A stretch of 59,742 nucleotides of DNA, filler included. It is 3 parts of 3 records of this genome, joined end to end, with 100 filler letters (N's around TTAATTAATTAA, not from the genome) between each part and the next. Parts side by side here need not be neighbours in the genome. Positions count along the whole stretch, not along the records: positions 1 to 18,732 come from SRR20825019_1282; 2 more parts are not named here. The stretch is one strand, 5' to 3'. Positions 1 through 11,148 of this stretch are shown piece after piece (position 1 is the stretch's first letter; every line of letters begins with the position of its first letter). Under the pieces are notes generated by a model. It was not told where the DNA came from. It did not search any database and was given only the letters and a program-made list of their open reading frames with translations. Position numbers and translations under genes: made by a program.

Positions 1-3000
1 GGGGATTCACATGCCTTTTCGGCTTGAGGGTTCATAGACTGTATAATTCCTCCATCATCAACAAGCATGATTGCCACCGACACACTATCGAGAGTGGCCT
101 TGGCCCTCCTGAAGTTAGCATTTGCAGTTCTTTCTGCTACTACTGACTCGGTGATATCCACAAAATTACAAATTATCACTTCATCTCTCCCATCGCCCAG
201 TGTCGCCTGTACTATGTGTATTTCTACCACCGATACTTGATCCTAGAGAGTTGTCAGCACAAGTGGTCATTCCCACACCGACCGAGGCCAACCTTCTCGT
301 CTCCAACGACAATGGTGTGCCCACTGCAAGGTACTGAACTTCCCTCCACCCGAAACGCAGGATGGTAGAAATCCTCCATCTCTCTCATGTGAGGGCCGGA
401 TTTGAATGACTACAGTGTCCATTAGAAACTTTAGACCTTATTGCATCAGCCTAAATACCTGAACTTTGTTGAGCAGATACGAGATGTGCTGTCCCTCCAG
501 AACAACCTTCCTACTAATGTGAAACATCGAATACGTAGCCTCATTTGCCTGGACAATCGCTCCGTCCGTTCGACAGAACATGATGCCATTGTCAGACGTG
601 TCCAGAATAGTCTCAGTCATTCGCTGGTACCGAAGGCGCGTCAGAAAACCTTCCTCAGGTTGTCCAACGTGGAGTATTCTCATTCTCACCTCAATACTGC
701 GAGTCTCAATGCGCAAATCGTCCATGAATCCCATTGAACGCATTACAGCATAAAAGGAGCCCGGAATCCCTGTTCCACCGAGGGACGAAGAAAAAGGATC
801 ATCATTTTCATCCACTTTTCCCTCAAGAGGATGCGTGCTAGTTCCTGCAGTAATCACATCATTAGAGATCGACTTAGAGATGCTTTTCAAAATATTCCCA
901 CCGGTGAACACACGCTTCGATCCTGACTTTGATGTTCGCAGAAACGCCTCACGGTGTCTACCCAAATATGGGCATCTCAATGGATCGGTGAATCTGTTTA
1001 CAAGCATTCGTTCTTCCTCAATCTCCCGAATCTCATCGGCCTCCTCGTCTTCAGGGCCACCCAAGGAATTTGGTTTCCCTAATGAACTCAGTTCTACGAT
1101 CAGGATGCAGTCAGAACAATGTACAAAAAGAAAGGAATATCCGTACGGCGAAGTTGATCCAGTCTATCGGTCATTGATCGGATAGAAGAGACCCTTCGGG
1201 ATTTTGGGGGAGGGGCGACTAGAGAATTATTGTCATCTTCGACTGTATAACCACATCCTCGTGAGTATATAATGCCTCTTTCGTCTAAAGATTATTATCT
1301 CGCCATCCTACCTTCGATATCATCCCGCGAAAGAATGTCGTGAATGTTGTATCCGACAATGTCTTGTGCATTCCCTTTGGAGTGATCGAACAACTCATCT
1401 CCTCCATGCACAGCCTCTACAACACCAAGTGGACTAATCAATACTATGCAGGCAGCAGAACCGGCACCGTTTCCAAGTTTCATCTCATCCACAAGTACTT
1501 TCAGAACCTGTGTCTCAACGTCCACACTCTTGTGATCACTGATGTCAACAACCTCGGCCACGAAAAAAATATCCCCACCTTTAACCTTCCGTCAGCATAC
1601 CAAAGGAACATGACACTAATTTGCACCATACCGTTTTCAATCTCCCGCACCAATATCCTCGCTGGAAACACCCGCCCCCCTCGGCATTTTCCAACAAAGT
1701 CTTGGGGAGATCCAAGCGTCTTTGGCTTTCCTCTTCTCAGATAATTGCGCAGGTGCATATCGTGGTCACGAGCATATCTATCGGGCATTAGGGTAGTGAT
1801 GTTCGTGTAGCCGTCGAACAAACTCTGGCGAACAGCGTGGTCATCATACTCAAAAAGTTTCAGGAGGGAAAGGTTCGCGTATTTGATGGTGCCGAACGCA
1901 TCTGCAATCACTACACCGCGTCCCTGAAGTGGCCACGGTTAGCTTTAGGTACATCCATCAAAGGCACGCGCGCACTACCTTCATGAGGCCCATCGTGAAC
2001 ATTGCCGAGAAGGCAATATCTTTAGCCTCCATCTTATCTTCTCTTATTGCCTGCTTTACAGTGTCTGCCATCTGTAGGATACTCCCGCTTCCATCGGAGT
2101 ACTCGTCATTGCCAAGGTTTGCGGATCGTCCGGATATTACTGCCGTGAAGCGCATATCTTCTAAATTGTCGGAGGTTGACGAAGCATTATGCCTAAAAAG
2201 CATGATCGATGTGGATATTTCGTCTCCGTTCTTATGCACAAACGCTGCGGTGAAATTTGTGTTCAAAACTCTGAATTACGCATATGTCAGTCGGCACGAG
2301 CCAAGGGCCGAATATTCACTCACGTGGGTTCTCTAGTCCGCAAATACATCTCTATATACTTGTCATGGTACCGCTTGTGCGGCATAGCCACCAGCATGTT
2401 GATTTTCTAAAATATTGGTTGTTAGCACCCTCTTCTTCACATCCTTTGGCGAAGCAGAATACCTGGCCAATGAGCTCGCTTGGTGGGTATCCCGTTATCG
2501 CTTCCACAGCTTGGTTAGTTTCTGAGTAGCAAGTATTTAGTATTCACAGACTTGGGATACTCGGATTCTAACCGACCTGTGATGACTCCTGTCGCGTCGG
2601 CAGTTATCGAAGCATACCCACTGGACTCCATCATAGCACCTATAATCCTCGCGTCCACCCCCATCAACCGTGCGTCCTCTGTTTCAAGCATCTGTCAGTG
2701 ACTCTAATGTGGTCCGCCACGATGCACCACCCACCAGTCTCCTGCTCGTGTGATGCTGCTTGAAGAGCCAGCAGTTGCGACCCGTCGTCGTCGCTTGCGG
2801 CGATTGCCTCGAATTTCCCTTGAGCGCCGTAGATAGTCGTTTCTGTTGGCTTCCCACTCTGCAGGTGCTTCAGGGTTTCCTCCGAGAGGATATTCGAGAT
2901 CTGCGTGAAATATATATCAACTAAAGAACGTTTCGTCTCATCTTCTGACATACTTGTGGGTTGGACTCCGACGCATTAGCTGAACTGAGGAGGGGTATGC

Positions 3001-3148
3001 TCTGTTTCCCGGCCACGTTACTCCACTCCACCTCGCCCTCCCTCGACACCACCGCTGCGTCAGGGAGTGCCTTGAAGACAGACTCCCATAGCAACTCGGG
3101 CTGTGCCTTCACCTCGCGGTCTAAAGACATTCGCGAGTTGTCTGCCAT
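1..3148 (-). CDS. Multi-exon, multi-PAS domain protein (at least 6 PAS-like repeats, 2 FixL-like); 3' end runs off the contig
   Basis: ORF fragments join through short GT..AG introns (e.g. 2901-2953). PAS-like segments: WESVFKALPDAAVVSREGEVEWSN; NQAVEAITGYPPSELIGQ|KINMLVAMPHKRYHDKYIEMYL; VIADAFGTIKYAN...LMPDRYARDHDMHLRNYL; IVLISPLGVVEAV; ETILDTSDNGIMFCRTDGAIVQANEA; ATLDSVSVAIMLVDDGGIIQSMNPQA. Confidence 0.8.
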
Positions 3149-4635
3149 CCTCGTATATGGATGAGACTAACTTAAATGCCTATGTATAAGTATACACAGC
3201 TCCACAGTCGTTCCAGTGGCAACAAGGGGAGAAGGCGTGCCAAAACGAACGACTCTTGGGCTGCAGGGTCATAATACACAGCTGTACGTGACCCACGCTG
3301 TGCGTTATCACACAACAAGTCACTCAGACTGGCGGCAGTAGGAATGGGGCTCATATTGTGCCCCATCCTCCCCTGAATAACCCAAAGGTCGCTGAACACA
3401 ACGAAGCCCCTCATGAAGTGTCACAAGAAGTGCTTACAGCATACGGTACACTGGGGCCACATCGGTGGCTGTTCAGGTACCCGGACTGGGCCGCAACTAA
3501 TCGGTATCTTCTCGACGAACGGTTTGGTGACTCGTGACTACCGCCAGATTGCGGCCTGGTTACTGGCCGGGTGCCCTGTTGGCCCGGGCAGCCACGCCCC
3601 CGGCCGGCAGGAGCGCGACCACGCCCAACAGCCAGAGCAGTCAGTGTGGTGCTGGAGGTGCACAGCCGGGCCCCGTCAGGCGACTGCTCTCACGATTGAG
3701 GACAGTCAAGAAGCTAAAGCGGAATGCACAGCCTCTGCACGGACCGTGCTGGGGCACCGCCACCGGGAGGCTAGACCGAGGCTGGGGGGTGCCTGGTGAG
3801 GTGTATGTGAGGTACACGGCACTAATGGTCACGTGACGGCTCAGTGCCAAGCCCTGAATGTCCTCGTCGGACAGTTGAGTTATTACCTCATCGGAAAAGT
3901 AATGTCTGATAACAACAGGGGGTGCAGCAGCCTTCGCCCGCACTAATGAGGTCTTTCCCCGATCTGGATGAAATAATTACTCCGAAATAATCATACTATG
4001 GTGCCTATTCACTCCGGCGATAGGCAAAGTGAGAGCCTTTATTGCACCTCTCCACAGTATTGATCTGAGCCAGATTACACCCGAGAACTGAACCAGAGTG
4101 AGTGCCGGGCGGGCTCATGCGAGCGTGTGTCTATGGGGAGGATCCAAAAGGAATCGGAGCAGTGAGGTGATAGCGGTCCGCATGGTAGCCAAGGCAGGTT
4201 CCCGGATGTAACTGAGAGATGTGAGTTGGTGACGTCACGGATGTTGTTTGGCCTCTCCATGCCTCTGGTAGGCACTGCCGTAGGGCACGTGACACGGGCT
4301 TATCATGGCCCGATTATGAAACAGGCGCAAGGCGGCCACCAAAACCTTCTTCAAGCCGGGTGCCAGCTTCCTGTGCCAGCACTCAGAGCACAGACAGTCC
4401 TTTTGAGTCTTTGTCCGAACTTCACTATCGAAAGAGTAGGACAGGGCACCAGAAGGGCAGCCCGTGCAGCCGGTGGGCCCCACCCAAAGCGGCTCGGCCG
4501 GTTACGCCCTCATTATTGTGGCTCGCTGACTGACTTCGTGACCGAGAAAAGGGCAAGACCCCCTCGCATGAAATACAAGACATGAAGCACGTATCGTCAT
4601 ATTCAAAGAACAAGGCTTGAGACCAGTTTCGCAGC

Positions 4636-7600
4636 ATGGCGCCCGTTATAAACTTTCACACCCTAGCGAAACGGTACGACAAAGGGCTTGTTGTACTTGA
4701 CCGCCAGCACGGTCGGGTTGTCTCGTGTAACCCCAGAGCTCTATCCATGCTTCAAAAAGGTGATCAACCAAAGCTGTGTGGGGTTGATGATGGTTTGACT
4801 TTCTCCTAGGTGAACTGGACACAGATTGGATGTCCTTGGTTGTCGAGGACCCAGGCCTCGGTATTTCCTATCAGCCTGAGAGCAATGACAAGAATGCGTT
4901 CCCTAAGTTCTTCAAGAGCTTTGAAGGTGAAACAGGTATGCTTGTTTGCACCATGCATCAAAAGTAGACGGGGACCTAACTCCCGCAGGTGGGCGCATCG
5001 TGACATATGAGGCTCCGAAGTCTGGACGGAAGCCCAGTCCTGGCATTCAGTAAGGGCTTTGGCTATAGCTGCGTAATATCGATGCTTATATTTCCTCAGG
5101 CTGCACACGCGTCTATTTTCTGTCAAACATGGGTCGTATGATTTGATTTGTGTGGTATTGGCCACGCCTACAAAGGCCCAGGTATGGATACCCCTCTGGG
5201 CATAGTGGAGCGATCTAACAACAAACAGTTTGCCCTCCACAGTGCCAGCATCAAGCTCAAAGCAGCAAAGTCAAGTGCATCAATGCTCAGGCAAAACTCC
5301 AGTCACGTCGTATACGACATCACGACACGAGTGATTTTGGGATCCCAGAAAGCTGCTGACGCACTGTTGGGACTGCCGGCGGGAGGGTATGTAGTGTTTG
5401 TGAAAGAGAAAGCCTGTGAGACTGACCTTGAGGATAGACTGGTTGGCCGCACGTTGCTCTCGATATGTGAGAGTGGTCTAAGCGACTCCATTTTTAACGA
5501 AACCAGCGCAAAGTACCACGAAGACTCAGGCATGCATTATTTTGAAGTCGGTTCGGGTGTTGGTTACTTAAGGTATTGTCTGACCATTCTCCTAGGTGAA
5601 TGCGGTTAAGAGTGATGGGACTGTGTTCCCTATGCGGGCCTGGCTCCGTGCAGAAATACCTGGCATGATCCCAAGATGTCGCGTGCTCTACCTAGAAAAT
5701 ACAGAGTGAGTTCCATCCACTCGCGCCCCGGAAATTTATGTATCGCTCATGGCTCGTAGGGACCAAGACTTTTTGTCGAGCATGATCAAACAAATCAAAC
5801 CCTTCTATAAGGCATGTTATCTCCTGCATTTTGTAATATCCACGTTCCTAATGGTTTGTACAGACCATCTTGGAGGGCCATGGTTTGGAGGGATACATTC
5901 GTTGTTCTGACGAAGGTGTAATTCTCGCTTCAAGTCGCTCTGCTCTAGAGATTCTGAAGCCAGGAGCCCCACCGAATTCTGTACGCATAATTTCTTTCGG
6001 AAGGGCTTTTGTTTCCATCTGACAAATTACAGGTTCTGGTTGGTGAGAGTATACACAGCCTATTAGAGGGCCTCGACTTGGTTTCTATGCCATGTGGTCG
6101 CTTTGCTCGCATCGGAAGCAAGGACGCTGATGTTGACGTGCAGTCGTTTAGACTGGATGCGATAGGCATTCCCGAATTGAGAGACCAAGGCCTCGAAACA
6201 GTGGAAATCTTTGTTAGGGATGTGTGGGTAGGATCGGGAGGTAGGGATTGAGGTTTGGGTATTATGCCACCACTAATGGACTTGTGAAGATGCCCAAGCT
6301 CACACTGAAGTCCTGGATGAGTTCGGTAGCCTGGCACGGTACGGTGTGAGGGATAAGACAATTCTTTTCTTTTGACTTCATCGTATCAGGGCAATGGACG
6401 AGGTGATCATTGTATGCCTTCCAGACATGTCTATTTCTGTCGTCGGGGGCGCCATTGGGGAGCTTCTTGGTACGCAACAAAACTGAAAAATGGGATTGCC
6501 TCTGAGCGACTGATTGCTTTACTATCTAGGATTCGATGCTTCGGAGATTGAAGGCGAAAACGTCAACGTGCTAATGTCTCGATATCACCGAGAGGTACCC
6601 AGTTGTCTGTGTAAAATGGCTGGAGAGTTTACGCGGCAATGTGTCCAGAATCACGACAAGTACGTGGATGAATATCGTAGATCGGGAATCCGCAAACGCA
6701 TTGGGCATCCGGCCTCTGCCCCATTGTCATGTATCCATAAGTCAGGAAAGACGGTCGATCTCCTAGTAGAAGTGAAGAGCTTCATGATGGATGGCGTTGA
6801 AATGTTCTATGGAACCCTTCGTTCTGTTGCCTCCGGACGTGATGCGGCCATATCCCAACTTCACTACGCCAACGAGGCGTTCAGTAATGTTATTTCGAAT
6901 TCGCCCAGGTGAGTCCTTCGTACCCTCAAATATGATGAGTTCTGCTGACGAGGTCCGGGACTGTTGTTCAGTGCGTATGTGGTTACCGACGGGAACATGA
7001 AAATCATTGAAACAAACGAGCATTTCTCCCAAATGGTTTCCATTACGAGCCCAGAAATGCTGTCCGGAAAAGAAATTGTGAGACTAGATGGAGATTTCTA
7101 GTCAGTTTTAAGTCTGTACTAACGTTTGCCCAGACCGACCTTTTTGATATCCATGATGCGGTTAAAGGTATTAAGAACAACATAGTGAACCGGATTCCAT
7201 TCCCGAATAAGAAAATTGCAACTTTGGCATGTAGTGCACGTAGGGTGCAAGGAACTAGGTTAGGAATTTTTGACATTGTGAATGGAATTGCTGACCACAG
7301 CGGTGATCTTTCACAGGTTCACTGCTCAAGTAGAAGTACTTCTCCTCACGGATCTGAAAGCTTCAAAAGATCCTGAATCTATCGAATCGTTGCTGGGCCG
7401 TGTCCGCTTCCTTTGTAATGTAAAGAACCTCGAGACTGAGTTTGAGTCGAGGCAGGAGTATGAGGAGAGGTGCCGTTTATTTCCGTTCGTGTATGCCTCG
7501 TTTTGACATCGCTGTTCTAGCTGTACGCGCCTTTCGGCCCTCATAAACTCGGTGGATGACACGATTCTTGTTGCTGATATTTCCGGAACGATTCAAGAGT

Positions 7601-10600
7601 GTAACACTTGCGCGTGCCGAACATTTTCGTACGGAATAATGTCCTATAGGCTGAACAAGGATTTAACGTTACTTTGTGTTTAGGTATGAGAGATCGGAGT
7701 TAATTGGGATGGAAGTCGAAGATCTTTTGCCGATGGAATTTCGAGAGAAGCACAAGAAGGCCCGCACTTCATTTCGTATGTTGAGGCGAAAGACTACCAT
7801 GGGAAGTCCCATCACTACCGAGGTGAGTCTTCAACACGAAGAAAGGGTATTTGTTGAACATTTGTAATATTCCGCAGATCTTGCTCAAAAGCGGGAATCG
7901 GATGAATGTGGATGTCATCTTGAATGAGATGGTGGTTTCTGAAAATGAGTATGTGGACCACACAGGGCGGTTGACGGCGTGCTTCTAACCTATTCGTCAG
8001 GGTAATGCTCGTGGCTCTTGTGCGCGACGTGTCCATTCGGGTTGCCTTTCAAGATGCTATGAAGACCAAAGAGGCATCGCTGAGGAACCAGATCAATGGA
8101 TCCAGCAGTCCAGTCATCGTCGTAGATAGCCGGGGCCAAATCACCATATTTAATCCCGCAGCTTGTTCGCTCTTCAAGTATGAAGAGAAGGATATCATCG
8201 GCAAAAATGTTGATATCTTGATGGGAGGAGAAGACAAGCAAAACCACATGACATACATGGAAAACTACTTGGTGGGTACAGGTATTGTAGATACTTTCAA
8301 CGTTGCACCAACAATCCCTCCAGAGAACGGGCGATAAAAGGGTAGTGGATAGTATGCGCATTTTCAATGGTTACGCAAGTGACGGTGAAAAACTTACTCT
8401 CGAAGTCCGTGTGAGCGAAAGTCTAATTGCTGGAGTTCATCTATTCACGGGTTAGTTTGGGCCTTGTCTATGTGCGGCGAACATGAGATAGCTGACTCGT
8501 GTTCTAGCCGTTTTGAATGATATATCGGAGCGTATGCGCAATGAAGAGGCCATTTCCAAGAGCGAAGAACAGATGAAAGTCCTGGTTGAGCACGCCTTCG
8601 ACGGAATCATCGTTTCAGACAAGACCGGAATAATTCATACCTTTAATCCTTCTGCCCAGATTATGTTTGGCATCAGCGAAGAAGAGGCTATTGGCAGCAA
8701 TGTTTCCATACTTATGCCTAGTCCGTATTGCGAGGAGCATGACTCTTATATACAAGCATATTTGAAAACGTCGCGGAAGAATGTCCTTGGTAAGTGCAAT
8801 GCACCGTGATCTCTCCAAAGGACCCTCACTCTTCATGGACTCAGGATATCCAACTAACCTGAGAGGAAGATCCAAAAATGGAGCCACCTTCGATTTAGAG
8901 ATGAATTTGAGTGAAATCACAGTAGGGAGCTCGGTTCTGTTCACGGCAGTCGTCAGGAATGTTTCAGAACAAGTTGCAGAGAGTGCCCAGTGGCTTGAAA
9001 TGTCTTCGATAGTCTCAAAGCAGGTATGAAACATATCTGATAGATGGGACCATGTCACTAAGTGGGGTTTATGATGGTAGATCAACTGGGTAGAGGAGGG
9101 TGTTATGATTGTCAATAACAAGATGAAGATGTGTGTTGTTAATAATGCTCTTAAGAGCATGGTGGAAAATGAGAAATTGAAGAACAAGCCGTTAACTGAT
9201 CTAATGGTATGGCCATGAAATACCCAAAATGCGGGGTCTTAACGTTGTGCTTAGGTTCTTGGTGATAATGACCGGTGCAAAGCCGCTTTTACAGCCTTCA
9301 TGAAAGAAATCGGTGAGATATCTGGATCTCGGCAGCTTAAAGACCGAGTCGCGCAATCGAAGGTAGGGAGTCTGGTGCTTTCGTATATATATGTTCCCCA
9401 ATGTCTACTTGCAGATCATCGGAGGTCAGCCTCATGCGGTTATTTTGAAGACGAAGGCCGGCGCCAAAGTTAAGGCGTCAATGAGGGTGTATCCTAGCCT
9501 GGAAGGTATACTTGCGCTCTCTTATGATTTGAAGCGCTCACCCGTTATTCAGGCCTCCATGAACTTGTTGGAATCTTCAAATTAATCCCTATCCCGGCAA
9601 AGCAGCAAGCAGATCCTTCCGTCGGTAGTGAGCCCGCCAATAGTACCACGAAGACCGCATCCCCCAGGCTTAGGAGTCCTCAGCTGCCCTCCCTGAACAT
9701 AGAAGAAGACCCGTCTGATCAGGCATCTCTCATTGTAATGCGACCGGATGTGAACTCGGTATGTTCTATCAAACGAATTAACTTCTCAGTGACTGACGGG
9801 GGTAATTTTGGCGCAGCATACAAAGAAGAAGAAATCCCCCTCAATGATATCACAAGCTTCTGCTGAACTCGCTCCACCCATGAAGGCTACGAATGTGGGC
9901 AGGCGGTCAGCAAGCTACACCGGCAGGGAGACGAAGAAGGGTCACCATATGCCTCCTCTTCAAGCCCCCAACCGACAAGTTCATGACCTCATATCACCCA
10001 TGAGAAGAACGTCAACTGCTGCACTATCCGCTGGATCACCACGAGTAGCACTCAAGACCAAACAGATCCCCTCACATAGTGCCTGGGAGACAGCCACGAC
10101 ATCAAGTAGTAATGGCGACACCACTTCGAGTGGAAGCGTGTCTCTCCAAGCATATATGGAGGACACACTTCCACTCGGCCCTCGTAAGACCGAGGTTTTG
10201 CTTGAGAAGGTAGAGTCTCCTAACTTTTTGTTTTGGCCGATGACTAAAATTTCCACAAACAGTTCTCAAATGATCCGAAGAAGGCACAGAAAGATGAGCA
10301 CATCGCTCAGGCAGCCATTGGTGCTTGGGCTGTCGGTGACATCAAGGCCAAGATTGCCAGTCTTCCTTGGAGTATGAAGCGGGTGTGCAATGCCCTTGAG
10401 GACAAGTCCGTATTTTCCTATTTGTAACGTTTTCATGGAACTCACAGTCTTTGGCAGGATCGAAGAATCTCGAAAGAAGGGGGCGAGGCTGGAGCCGGCG
10501 AAACTAATCCGTGAAATGCTTAAACTGGTCCTCAAGATGATGGGCTGGGAGGTGGCGAATGTGTTTGAGTGGAACGCTCTCCAACAAACACTCTCGGTGA

Positions 10601-11096
10601 GTCGGGAGAGAATGGTTTTACTATGCACTGCGTCCTGACCAGGTTGAGTCAGACGACCGCACTGTATGTGAGCAGTGACGATAGAAGGTACAGAGTCTTC
10701 GAAGAAAAGACTCATGGTATCGAGTTCCGCCTTGGTGTTGGCATACCAGGGTTGGTTTTCAAATCGAAGGAGCCCATGTGCGTCGTAAACATGAGCCTAG
10801 AGTCGGATGAGATTTATCCGCGTGCCGCTACTGCGCGCGAGGCCGGTCTCAAAGGATCGATGGGATTGCCACTGCCCATGGGACCAGAGGTGAACGGTGA
10901 AAGGAATATGATAGGTGAGTCAAGGCTTATGATATCTGCCGGGTATGGCCATGCGCTAACTTGGTGATTTCTAGGGGTGGTGGAGTTTTTCTCATCGGCG
11001 GAGCAGACCGCGGACCGATCGCTTCTTCGCATGCTGGAAGTGGTCACAGATCTTATTGGGCAAGTCTTCATGGATGCCCGGACCACTTTGGGCTAA
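4636..11096 (+). CDS. Multi-exon protein with ~9 PAS repeats, a Ser/Pro-rich linker and a C-terminal GAF domain
   Basis: ATG at 4636 (MAPVINFHTLAKRYDKGLVVLDRQHGRVVSCNPRA). Repeated PAS motifs, e.g. VIVVDSRGQITIFNPAACSLF and DGIIVSDKTGIIHTFNPSAQIMFG...LMPSPYCEEHDSY. GAF-like GIPGLVF...YPRAATAREAGLKGSMGLPL...GVVEFFS. TAA at 11094-11096. Exons were joined manually through ~50-nt introns. Confidence 0.75.
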
Positions 11097-11148
11097 TTTC
11101 AAGGATTTGGCTACCAAGCGTACCTAACACCATCAGTGTAATGAAGGT

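Noticed and set aside
3172-4585. Short ORFs in the spacer between the PAS genes (e.g. 4235-4483 with Cys pairs)
   Set aside because: No recognisable domain, splice pattern or terminal repeats; most likely promoter or UTR sequence
1-11096. Fragmented PAS ORFs read as pseudogenes, frameshifting or stop-codon reassignment
   Set aside because: The breaks I traced are explained by short GT(GC)-AG introns that restore the frame, and an 865-aa exon reads normally in the standard code
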